From assembly GCF_036971445.1 (NCBI RefSeq), contig NC_091470.1, forward strand, positions 55,738,001-55,802,000: a DNA stretch of 64,000 nt, in the 5' to 3' direction. This document shows positions 24,170 through 35,259 of the stretch, one piece after another (the first letter of the stretch is position 1; each line of letters begins with the position of its first letter). This DNA comes from Narcine bancroftii. Lineage: Eukaryota. The notes under the pieces were generated by a model. The model saw only the letters and a program-made list of their open reading frames with translations. It was not told the DNA's origin and did not search any database. The translations under genes and the position numbers were made by a program.

Positions 24170-24247
24170 ATGGCGCAGCTGTGCGGAGCCGGGAGGCGTC
24201 ACGTCGGGGCTCGTGTGGCCGCACTTGCTTCTGCAGCGCGTTTTTGG
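24170..24247 (+). CDS. NUBPL: NUBPL candidate exon 1 (putative mitochondrial targeting peptide)
   Basis: ATG at 24170 gives MAQLCGAGRRHVGARVAALASAARFW (Arg-rich, no acidic residues), ending at a phase-0 GTGGGT donor compatible with exon 2; not alignable by eye and alternatives exist. Confidence 0.4.
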
Positions 24248-24789
24248 GTGGGTGCCATCGCAAGGTCCATCTCTGTTGGTGGTGTGCTGTGTTTTTATTT
24301 GAGAGCGCAGTTTAGTGACTGCTGAGATGTTCTCGCATCCAACCTGTATGAGACAATGGCTCCCAACTCCAGTTGTCATGTCCTGATAGATTGGGTGGAC
24401 CATTTGAGCAGATCACTTTGTTTAGTGTTAGTTCTGGGCTTTAATGGATGGGATGCAGTGGAATCCGTTTCTAGTCGTGCTCTTCAGCTTGCCTCTTCAG
24501 CAAGACGCGAGAGATGTGTCCTCGATTCCCTTATACTTTATCAAAACATGAGTGTCTTCTCTATTCCTCTATGTGTCTGCGTCTTCAAAGTATGTCTTGG
24601 AAAATCATCATCTCAGGATCTAGTCAGTTCTGTGTGGCTTCAAATTGAGTCAAAGTTGTTCATTTTATTGACCCATGAACTGAATTGAATAGGACTGTTG
24701 AAGGTTCAATTCAGAGTGGGCAATTTGTACTTGGGCAAATGTTTAAGTTGAAAATGACTTCGTGATCAGATGCATCTGACGTCCTATTC

Positions 24790-25575
24790 TTTTCGAAGTT
24801 TAAAGTTCCTTTTGTTGTTACGTAATAATACATTAAAAATGTAATGTGTATTTACATTTTTGTCTGGCTTAAGTTACCATGAACATAAGAGAAAAAGTGA
24901 AGTAAAAGAGAGACCCTTCAAAGTCACTGAACGTCTGTGGATTCACCTCTGACATTCCTGCAGCCTCTACAGCCAAGTAGACTCCTGTGCGATTCACAGT
25001 CAACCAGAGCTTTAGATCCAAACCTCCAACAGGATCAGGAAGCTTTCAGTGCTCGAGGCTTTTCAGGAGCCCTTCTTGCCCTTAGCATACTCTTGAATCA
25101 TGGTTCCAATAATGAGTTCTCATGCGCCAGTCTCCGGCAGCCCACAGCTTATGTGGGTCCTTCAGCCACAAGTTGCCAGTAACCTGGAGCCTGTGTGAGT
25201 CCTTCAGCTGTTGAGCCCCGCACTGGTCTGGCCCTTGGTTACCTTCAGGTGGGGTCATCTCCCATTTTTCTCCTCAACTGGAGGTTTTCTCCCCATATCT
25301 GGTGCCCTGCTCCAATCTGCTGCTCACCCGAAATTTGCACCCCTTGTGGTATGCTGCCCAGTACAGGCACTGCTACCTTGGGCACAGACCTCAGTGTTTG
25401 CAAGATTTTAAAATTCAACCCTGTCTGCTCCTTTAACACATGGTTTAGGGCCTATTTGGAGCTGTTTGCATTAGGACTGGGCAGTAGGACCCTGCACAGA
25501 AGTTCTGTGTCTCTGCTTGGCTCTCTCCAGATCTGCACCAGTGTCAGTGCTGCATCTCCCAACAGTGCTACCATT
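24790..25575 (-). repeat. Unclassified interspersed repeat (family also at 51730-52500 and 53350-53625)
   Basis: Shared core 'gattttaaa(a)t...ctttaa...ggcct...ggagc' and 'gtggattcacctc...cattcc(t/c)gcagcctct'. Confidence 0.55.
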
Positions 25576-26487
25576 TTTATTTGAGCAAGAAGCTTCAACT
25601 AAGATTGTTGAAGTTTCTACAGACTTGTGAAAAGAGAATAGATGTGATAGATTATAGACTACAGATTATAGATTATCGACTAGTATGGGAAATTTTATTT
25701 CAAGAAATATTGAAGAGATGAAAAAAAAATCAAGCCAGTATTTTGTCTTGTGAAAATTCACAGCAGCCTGATATTTGTTGAAACTTGATTTTTTAAAAAA
25801 AATAATCCATAGATCTAATTATAATGTTCCTTGTGTCAAAATAAGGAGTGGCTCCTAGAAAACATCCAATTGACTATGAAAGGTTGAGGCACTGAAAAAG
25901 TTAATGCAAGAAAAAGTGGAGAGATGAAAATTATGACAAAGAAAAGTGACTTGAATTACATTTTGTTTGAGTTTAAACCAAAAAAAAACAGCCAAAATTG
26001 GAATTGATTGTACTGGAATGTCCTTGTGTCTGAGTTTCCATAAAAAATTAATTGGAAAACTGCATCCAGAGCACTTCCAATTTTACTGAGTTAAGATTAT
26101 ACTCCCAAATTGCAATGCAATCATATGAGCAGAAGCTACAGGAAATATCTTGCATGAAGTACCGGTAATCATACTGTGCCTGATTACTGGATAAATAAGT
26201 GAACTACAACATCACACACTGACTTGGGGTTACAAGTAATTCAAAATTGATTCCTGCAGAAACAAGTTTCTGCATGATATGTGTCCAGCTAAAGTAGGTC
26301 AGAGGATACCTGAAGCAATTTGACATCAGCAAAGTGACTTTTTGTCAGAACTTTCCCCCATTTCCAATTAATAATTGTGTATAATTATTTATCCACAAAT
26401 GTTTAATGTACTGTTGTCTGTTTTAAGTTTCAGGATCTCTGGTGTAATGCTTTCTGCATTCTCTTATTTGTGTGCATGATTTTTAAG

Positions 26488-26635
26488 TCTTCAGGATCTA
26501 GTACTGAATCACTCCAGGAGAGACAAAAACGAATGATGGCACGGGGACTTCCAAAGCAAAAAGTAATTTCTGGAGTGAAACAAATTATTGTTGTAGCCTC
26601 CGGAAAAGGAGGTGTTGGAAAATCAACCACTGCAG
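26488..26635 (+). CDS. NUBPL: NUBPL exon 2 (deviant Walker A motif)
   Basis: 148 nt; [49 protein letters not shown]; AG/GTATG boundaries. Confidence 0.95.
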
Positions 26636-27758
26636 GTATGAAGGATACTTGATGTTAACAGATTTTTTTTACAATTTGTCATTTATGATTTCTAAAATGT
26701 TGAAGGGGAGTAGCATTCTTTATGCTGTAGATAATGCAACATTGTTTGGAATGAGAGCAAGCACAACTGTCTTTGAGTTGCAAAATCAAAATTGAGCAAC
26801 TCTGGCACCGAAGCCCTGGACTTCAAAGCCTTAATCCGGGGGTCATTCCCTCCTAATGTCGTGTCTTGGGCTTTTATGCATTAATTGTCTCCCCCGTGGG
26901 TCCCTTTAACTGTTTGGCAGTAACAGCTTATTTATGGCACTTGGGGGCTTCTTGCACTTTATTGATCAATCCTTTCACCCGACAATACTTAAAACCCAAG
27001 ATTTCCCCTGAATCTCCCTTTCTCCCTTGATCAAGGCTTCTTTCCGCACCCCCCCCCCCCCCCCCCCCACCCTGGGTTCCCTGAACCATATTCCAAAGCT
27101 CTATCTGAACCAACTACCCCATCCCCTCTGTTTCCCCTTCAAGATACACAAAAAAAGAAAAATAAGAAAAAAGATTATTGCCTTGTATTTTTTCCAAACT
27201 CTGTTATTGTAATGTCCTGATGTGCTTAAAAAATACTACCAAAATTCAAATTCATCAGTTTTATCAATTTTACATAAATATCTGAAGCACTTTAGTGATG
27301 TCAGTACATTAAAGCTGTACTAGAGATGAAGTGAATGTTTCCATTGGTTTGTTGACCAGTTCTTTTTATGCTTTCTGAAATTCTGCCACAACTTTAAAGG
27401 TCACAAAATTAATAAACAGAACTGCAATTTCAGATACAAAGCTTTCAGTTGTGTTATAAGTTAAATTGCAGCATCCTTCTTGCCTCTTGTCAGGTTTCTT
27501 CTTCATACATATCCACATTGAGGCTTCATTTCTCTGCACTTGTAGAAAGGGAAAAGTAAATTAGTAAAAGAGCACTTGAGGTTGATCACCTGAAGGTGTT
27601 TATTTTTTGAATTGGGGAGCAGAAAGGGAGAGTAGAGATGGGTAAAATGTAGGTTTGTTTTGGCAATGAAAGTTTCAAGATGCTTGGCTCATGTTTATTT
27701 GAAATTCTGGAAATAAAAAATGGTATAAAATGCTAATCCAACTTTATTTAAATTTCAG

Positions 27759-27793
27759 TGAATTTGGCTCTGGGATTAGCAGCCTATGAATTG
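27759..27793 (+). CDS. NUBPL: NUBPL exon 3
   Basis: 35 nt; (V)NLALGLAAYEL; tttcag / gtaggt. Confidence 0.93.
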
Positions 27794-27976
27794 GTAGGTT
27801 GACATTTTGTGGAAACATTGTATGAAACAAAATATTTATGTGCAAATTGATACCTGTACTGTAACTTGAAATTTTAGCAATAAAACTAACAATTGTACTA
27901 ACATTGTGTTGTTAATTTGTCATAGCAAAAAAATTACAAGACTGCTAAACCCCATTTAAAATATCATTTTCAAATA

Positions 27977-28217
27977 CAGTAAAACCCAGGTATCTAGCAC
28001 CTATGGTGATTGGCAGATGCTGGATAAGCGTGTTTTCTGGTTGCTTGAGACTTCATGTAGCGTGAATGGAGAATTACGAGAAGACATGCCAATTTTAAAT
28101 TTTTGTATTTTTAACCCATTTATTCTCTGCATGCTATTTATCTATTTATTAATTTATTTAATGTTGGAGCGGGGTGGTTGCCGGTTATTTGAATTCTGGA
28201 TAACAGGGATTTTACTG
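27977..28217. mobile_element. Tc1/mariner (Tigger/pogo-like) MITE
   Basis: TIRs CAGTAAAACCC / GGGATTTTACTG flanked by TA on both sides; related inverted copy at 56264-56493. Confidence 0.8.
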
Positions 28218-28289
28218 TATAATGTGGAATTTCAGAAGGCAATAAATGCTGTTTTTGTATCCACATATATAATGAATGTTTGCATTAAA

Positions 28290-28537
28290 TTTAGACATAC
28301 AGCACGGTAACAGGCCATTTCAGCCCATGAGTCCATGCTGTCCAATTTACACCCAATTAACCTACACCCCCAGTATGTTTCTAACAATGGGAGGAAACTG
28401 GAGCCCCTGGGGAAAACCCACGCAGACACGGAAAGAACGTACCAACTCCTTACAGACAGTGCTGGATTTGAACCAAGGTCCAAATCATTGGTGCTGTAAG
28501 GGCGTTGTGCTAACTGCTACACCAACCGTGCCACCCT
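28290..28537 (-). mobile_element. tRNA-derived SINE (HE1/V-SINE-like)
   Basis: Minus-strand head GGTGGCACGGTTGGTGTAGCAGTTAGC (A-box) and GGTTCAAATCC (B-box); same family as 52758. Confidence 0.8.
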
Positions 28538-28789
28538 AAAGAATGACAACTTTTTCTTGATGTAGTTAGTAGGTATTTCTACTGAGGTGCTGGGAAGAAT
28601 TGATCCTGTATGGATAAATCTGAGATTGTGTTTACTCTTTCATTCTCCAAAATCATTCATGACTCTTCCTTTTCTCTCTAGATTCTTTGAAAAACAGTTG
28701 TCTTCCTTTTCTTGTGTATCTGAAGAAATCTGTTTCATTTAGTTGGTCCATGGCTTTGTGCATGAATTTTAATTTGATGCCTAAAACAA

Positions 28790-30225
28790 ATGTAGTGTAG
28801 CAGAGGTTCAAGAGCCTGACAGCCATTGAGGGGGGGAAAACTGTTCGAAAGCCTGGAGATACTGGACTTCAGGCTTCATTACCTGATTCCCAAAGGCAGC
28901 AGTGAGAAGAGGTTATGACCAGAGTGATGGGGTCTTTGATGATGTTGGCTGCTATCTTCAGGCAGCATTTCACATAGATTTCATCAGTGGATAGGAGATC
29001 AGAACCTGAGATGATTTAGCTAGATTTGTTACTTTCTACAGCCTTCTGCATTCCTGGGCACTCGAATTACCAAACCAGGCAATGATGCAACTAGTCAGAA
29101 CATGTAGAAAATCAAGAGAATGCCAAATCTCCTCAGACTTCTTGGAAAGAAGAGGTATTGGTGTGTCTTCTTAACAGTTGCTTATTGCTGGTTCCAGAAG
29201 AGGTCTTCTAATGTATGGACTCCATGAACATCAAGGTATGAACCCTCTGCATCTCCAACCCTTCAATGCAAACAGGTGCAGAGTCTGTCAATTGAAAAAT
29301 CCACAATATGCTCTTTGGTCTTATTAACATTGCGAGTGGGATTGTTCTGACATGACACAATTAGATTCTTGATCTCCATCCTGTGCTGTGACTCATCATT
29401 TCCCGTTGTTCGGCCCACTTCAGTGGTGTTATCAGCGATTTATAGGTTGCGTTGGAGCAAAACTTGGCAATGTAATCATAAAGAAAAATGCTGGAGGAAC
29501 TCAGCAGGTCTTGCAATATCCATAGGAGGTAAAGGTATATAACCAACATTTTGGGCACAAGGTCTTCTTCAAGGTATCATATGTATATCTTTACCCCCTG
29601 TAGACACTGAGAAATCTGTTGAGTTCCCTCAGCATTTGTGCTTTTTCACAGCTTCTGGAGACATTAGTGTTTTACTCAATGTAGCCATGAGTGCAGAGGA
29701 AATAGAGCAATGGATGAAGCATGCATCCTTGAGGTGCTCCTGTGTTGATGGACAGTGAGGAGGAGGTAATGTTGCTGATCTGAACTGAAGGGCACTCAAG
29801 TTGATGAGGAAGTCAAGGATCCCGTTCTAGAGGGATGAACGGTCCCCAGATCCCTTAAGTTAATAATAGTTTTGCTGGTGTTGAATGTCGAGCTATGATC
29901 AATGATCAACAGCTTTGTGCAGATATTCTTATCCAGATAATGTAATAGAGTGTTGGGCCAGAGAGATGGCATTTGCCATTGATCTGTTGTAACTAGAGGT
30001 GAATTAAAGTGGTTACAGTTCCTCCTTCAGACTGGTAGATTTGCTTCTTACAAACTGCTCAAAGTACTTCACGATAGAAGCAAGTGCCAAGGACTGATGG
30101 TCATTGAAGCAGACCAGCTTGCTCTTCATGGGCATTAGTATGATGAATGTCCTTTGAAGCAGGTGGGGGACCACTGACCGTAGCAGTGAGAGGTTGAAAA
30201 TGTCGGTTAAAAACTTTACCCACAC
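28790..30225 (-). mobile_element. Rex1/Babar LINE fragment with a short Penelope-derived insert (about 29480-29680)
   Basis: ORF 30013-30237: LTDIFNLSLLRSVVP...LVCFNDHQSLAL; insert 'aaaatgctggaggaactcagcagg...ctgttgagttccctcagcatttg'. Confidence 0.7.
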
Positions 30226-31558
30226 AAACCTAAACACAAAAACAGAAGTTTCTGCAATACTTGCACCTTCGTTAGCTTTACCACATCTTTCTGAGAGATG
30301 AAGTTGGGGTATTTAACAGCAAGGTGCCAATCAGGAAAAAAGTTGTCATCCTTTAAAGCAGGCATGACTTTTGTATAGCTGGGTCACAAAACATTTTCTT
30401 AAATTCCCTATTATAATGAAAATGATGGGGTTTCCCAGTCCTTTTGGTGAAAACTGACCACATCAGCGTATTTACTTTATAAAGTTTTAAATCACTAAGT
30501 TAGCATATCACTAATCATGTTCACATTTATTGGACAATTATTGGTGCTTTCAGGATCTGAACAGTTAGAGAGAATTTTATTTCAAAGGTAGTTTAAGATG
30601 TGAAAATTCAATCTGAATGTAAATTTTAAGATGCTGTTTGTTACCATGAACAGGATTGGTAACCCCAGGCATGCAAAGAGAAAGAAAGAGGAAATTTACA
30701 AACTTTAAAAATCTCTATCAGGATAACATTTTAAGTTCCTCCAAGCAAACTCCTCTGACCATGCACCCACATAAAGCATGAATGTGCATAATCTTGTCCA
30801 TGTCTGTTCCTCAGCCATACTCCCTGCAATAATTCTTCCTCACAACCTGTTTACACTCCTCTCCGACCCATCACCAAAACCACAATTTTTCCCAAAGTGA
30901 GACAGTTTCCCAATCTGTGGTTGTTCTCCACATTCACAGTACCTATGCCACCTGAACCATCTATCCTATAGAAAAAATGGTAGCTGCAATCAAGAAATGA
31001 ATGTGGCCAAAATGGCAGCAGCTGAGTTGCATTGTATTTTCTGAATGCTTCAGAGGATTATTCCTCTTCCATCCTTAGGCAAACTCTGTGACTCAGCGTG
31101 CCCTGTCACCAATTATAGTTTAAGCACTACCATTTTAAAGTGTGAGTACATTTTTTAATAATCTCTGATACAGAAATTTAATTTTGTGTGTGGTCTTCTC
31201 ATTGCTTTATTTTATTCCCAACATTTTAAAAAATGCTATAGATTTTTTAAGAAACTTGTCTTTGGTCCATCAGCCCCAATTTTCTTTACATCTTTCTTTT
31301 TGTTTAAGATTAATAACACCTCTAACCTCTTACTTATTGCCTTACATTAAGGATTTTTCAAACTGATTGAGATATTGTTATTTGTCCTTTTCACAAGGTT
31401 CCTTGATTCCTGTAGAGGGCGTAATGCTATTTTCAACTGATAACCACAAATCAAAATGTAAAATCTTGCATGTGTCCTTAGTTTGCTGTTGACAGCAGAA
31501 TTCAATGTTGTCTAATTATTATACTGCAATTCAATATATTTTTTTAAAAATCTTTAAG

Positions 31559-31643
31559 CGAGTGGGGCTGCTGGATGCAGATGTGTATGGTCCTTCTATC
31601 CCACGCATGATGAATCTGAAAGGAGCCCCTGCTTTAACGGACA
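31559..31643 (+). CDS. NUBPL: NUBPL exon 4
   Basis: 85 nt; [28 protein letters not shown]; ctttaag / gtaagt. Confidence 0.9.
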
Positions 31644-32778
31644 GTAAGTTTTCTAAATTTAATTTTGAAAATCTGAATACGAGGCAAAGTTCTGTGTTGT
31701 ATCATAGAAATAAAATAAAATGATTAGAAGGAAAATGCAAGAAATTGCAGATGATGGATTATGGAGCAAAATATCATTAAAATGGAAAAGGACGAGAACG
31801 TGACTAAAATAAAGGTTGGCTGAAGCAGACCTAGTAGCCATTTTCTCTTATCATTATTGCTGGTTGAATTATTTTGTGGTCACTTAGCCAAAAATTTGCA
31901 TCAATCAGCATCTTTGTACTTTCACAATCTGGACTGCAATGGTTCAAGAAAATAGCTGGTCCTCATTTTTAAGGCCAACAGGGCAAGGGAAAAACATGGT
32001 CATTATGTTTGCAATACTTGTATCAATTGAATTAATGCATTTTTTAATATCTGGAGTTGTTAATCACTTCATTTAAAATGTGATGGGAATAGATATATTG
32101 TGTTGTAGCTGTTGAAGATATTTATTTTTTAGTTCTTGTCATTTTAGTCTCTATTTTGGAATATTATCTTGGACTATTATGTCATGTCTTTTACTTGAGC
32201 TTGAAGCAATTAGGCATTGAACTCAAGACTTGGCAGAATAGTTCCAAATAGACGTAATGGTGAGAGCTGGTGCTGCCTGATTCCTAAAGTACTCTGAGAA
32301 CAACTTCATTTGTACGCTTTGAGTTTAATTAAACTTTTTGATGTTAAAGTGTGTGAGTGATTTTCCTCTTGTTCTCTACTGCTGATGTTGCCACTACAAC
32401 CTGTCATCATGAACTTGGCGTTGCATCAGTCATCAATGCTGGTACTTGTTACTTCTGGCCTTAAATAATAACATTCATAGCAGTTCATTCCAATTGGACT
32501 ATGACTTATCACTATTGAACAATTCATAAGTATCTCTGGTGAAAAGCCATTGTTTGATTTTTTTAAAAATCTCTGACCTCTTCTTAATTTGTTCCATAAA
32601 AGCTTTTAAAAATGCCTTTTCCCACCCTTTTTGCTCTTGGCCAATACAAAGTGTCTGCTTCTTCGTAGCATTATGCAAACTTACGTTTGCCTTTTTGTGG
32701 ATGGGGTGATGGATGTAGATTATTACAGTATTAACATTCTGCATACAAAGTGATTATTGTACTTTTTCCCTTCAAAAG

Positions 32779-32818
32779 GAAACTTGATGATACCTTTGGT
32801 AAATTACGGAATTAATTG
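32779..32818 (+). CDS. NUBPL: NUBPL exon 5
   Basis: 40 nt; (R)NLMIPLVNYGIN(C); aaaag / gtaagc. Confidence 0.93.
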
Positions 32819-32925
32819 GTAAGCATTTTCTATTTGGTGATATTCCATCTTTGTATTAGTGAATTAATAATTCAAGTATGAAATAAGGTGTGAATTTGGT
32901 TTTTTTTTGCCTATTCTCTTGACAG

Positions 32926-33016
32926 CATGTCAATGGGGTTTCTGGTGGAGGAAGCAGCCCCAATTGTTTGGCGAGGTCTCATGGTGATGTCAGCAATAGA
33001 GAAGCTGTTAAGACAA
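32926..33016 (+). CDS. NUBPL: NUBPL exon 6
   Basis: 91 nt; [30 protein letters not shown]; gacag / gtgagg. Confidence 0.96.
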
Positions 33017-33545
33017 GTGAGGAACAAACTTTTCTTAAAATAAAATAATCATTGCAAAAGTGATGTATAACCTTTTAACTTCCACATAATAGAATGAAAA
33101 TTCCATTGCCACAGCTCTTTTATATTTATTGGAATATTTGTTCTTCTGAATTTTACAAATGTCCAAGCAGTTTAGCATGTGCTAAACCAAATAATCCAGT
33201 CAGTATATGAGGAAAAAGCCTCTGAGTTCTTGCTTGGTGTCCTGTCAACTGCAAAAGACCTTTCATTTGATGCTTATATTTTCAAATGTGTTCATATTTT
33301 CAAGATTGAATTCTCCTTGTCTTTGAAGATTTGTAATTTTTGCTTATTTAGTTTTGTTTAATCAGTTTGTTTTGCCAAGAGCAGTGTTTCTCAACCATTT
33401 TTCACCAGAGGACTACCCTAAGTATTCATTGACTTATCATAGACCACCATGAGGGAATAAGGGTGCTGGGAGTTCATGCCCCTTGATCTCCAAAGGGAAT
33501 TTTGTTTTGTTTCAGTTGGAAAAGTTCTCAAAATAATTTTCCCAC

Positions 33546-34868
33546 TGTTACAGAGTTCTGTGTTGTGTATTAGCCTATGTATTGTGTGGTTTTATGTTTA
33601 AAAAGTGACAGTTTACCTTAGAGAGCCAAGGTGAAGGTGGACTGCTGAGAGAGTGGGAAACTGACTGAGCATGTGCAGAAAAATGATCTAAAAATTTCTG
33701 GATTTGGACAATCAACCACCACTGGGGGTGCTGTGGAGTGGAAGAAGGCCCAGAACATGTGTCATGGTCTGGAGGACAGTTTAGGACAGGGGTGTCAAAC
33801 TCAAATTCACAGAGGGCCAAAATTAAAAACTTGGACTAAGTCGTGGGCCAAACTAAATATTTATTGAAAATTTTCAACAACATCTGCATGTTTTCTCTTC
33901 TTTCATCATATGTAATATTAAACTTTTTCTTATTAAAATAAATGTTTAATAATAGTTTTGGTTAAACTCTTTCCAGAAGAAGCATTAACAAATGAGAAAT
34001 AAAATATTCAATAAATAATATTTCTCTATAGCCTTTGAGCTCCTTTTAAATGTATTTTTTTTCACAAGCCAACAAGTCAAAAAAAATAACAACTTGCTTC
34101 AATGACAAACAGGTTTGTCTTTTAAAATGATGAACATATAGTCTGCCTCCCACCTGTCTTGAAAGGTCCTGTTTTCTGTCTTTCTTTTGGCCATTTTTTG
34201 TAAGGGGTTTATTACATGTGAGTTGGGCGACAGGTCGCAGATGCTAATGAAAGTAAAGAGAGGAGGTGGGGGCGATTAGCGGGCTGATGCCAATGCATTT
34301 GCAAAGCATTCTGGGATTTGTAGTATTAGCTGTGCATGCGCTATACTGGCGTGGTGGACAGCGGGCCAGCTCTAATACATATTTGATATGATCTTGCGGG
34401 CCAAATATAATTATATCACGGGCCAAATTTGGCCCCCGGGCCTGAGTTTGACATGTGTGGTTTAGAATGTTGGAATTTCAAAAAGGATGAACATTCCGAG
34501 GGCAGCTCTCTCTCTCTCTCTCTCTCAAAGATTTTTGGCTTCAGTTTACCAAACAATCTGAATTTTGTTTATGATCTTTGCTTCAGTTGAAATCGAAGTT
34601 TTGTGAGCCTTTGTGTTTTGTGTCTTAAGTTTTTCTGTGGGCTGGTTGGAAGTGTAGCTTAGACTTTGATTACGTATGTTATATTTAGGCTGGGGAATTT
34701 ATTAGTTTTACACTGTAATAGAAATGTGCATGTTAACCAGTGGGCATTGTTATAAAATGGGGGATTTTGAATTAAAGTTTGAAGGTGAATTTTGTTAATA
34801 AAGTCATTGTTCATCTTTACCCCTGTGTGATATGCCTTCTTTGTGGTTGCTGGTTTGATCTTGTAACA
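33546..34868. mobile_element. Solo LTR (containing a hAT MITE)
   Basis: Termini TGTTACA...TGTAACA with an exact 4-bp TSD CCAC (33542-33545 / 34869-34872). Confidence 0.85.
33787..34459. mobile_element. Inner hAT/Charlie-like MITE
   Basis: TIR CAGGGGTGTCAAAC / GTTTGACATGTGTG; TSD GTTTAGGA / GTTTAGAA; repeated GGGCC subterminal motifs. Confidence 0.88.
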
Positions 34869-35165
34869 CCACTAAAACAAAATTCCCTGAAAAGCTTTTA
34901 GGGATATTTTTTGTATCAATTTTACAACCTTGTTTTACATATAATCTGTCAAAAATATTTACCTTCAGTGCTTTGCCACAGTTTACCAATAACATGCCCA
35001 TGGGTTAAGAAATTCTAGTCTAGAGCATGAATTTTCAACCTTAGCATCAGGTACTATTTGCAGATCTGCTGTTGATTTCGTTTGCATTTCAAAATTGGAT
35101 ATTTATAGGGTGGAAAAATCATCAACCCATTTTGTTATTTGTTGTCTTCCTCTTCTGTCATGTAG

Positions 35166-35259
35166 GTTGACTGGGGGAAATTGGACTACCTTGTTATAGA
35201 TATGCCACCTGGCACAGGGGATGTGCAGCTTTCCATCTCTCAAAACATACCTATTTCAG
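35166..35259 (+). CDS. NUBPL: NUBPL exon 7
   Basis: 94 nt; [31 protein letters not shown]; tgtag / gtgggt. Confidence 0.97.

Larger units (their letters stand above)
23200..24300. promoter_or_regulatory. CpG island / bidirectional promoter shared by the Myb/SANT gene and NUBPL
   Basis: Sharp GC and CpG enrichment in otherwise AT-rich DNA; ETS/GABP-type CACTTCCGG at about 23924; GC box GGCGGGGCG at about 24124; divergent coding sequences on each side. Confidence 0.75.
33382..35017. mobile_element. Outer hAT/Charlie-like MITE (split by nested insertions)
   Basis: TIR CAGTGTTTCTCAACC / GGTTAAGAAATTCTA (11/15); 8-bp flanks GCCAAGAG / GTCTAGAG (6/8), fitting the NTCTAGAN-type target. Confidence 0.6.

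Noticed and set aside
27049-27068. Poly-C run (G-quadruplex potential on the minus strand)
   Set aside because: Simple homopolymer in probable repeat-derived intronic DNA, with unreliable length.
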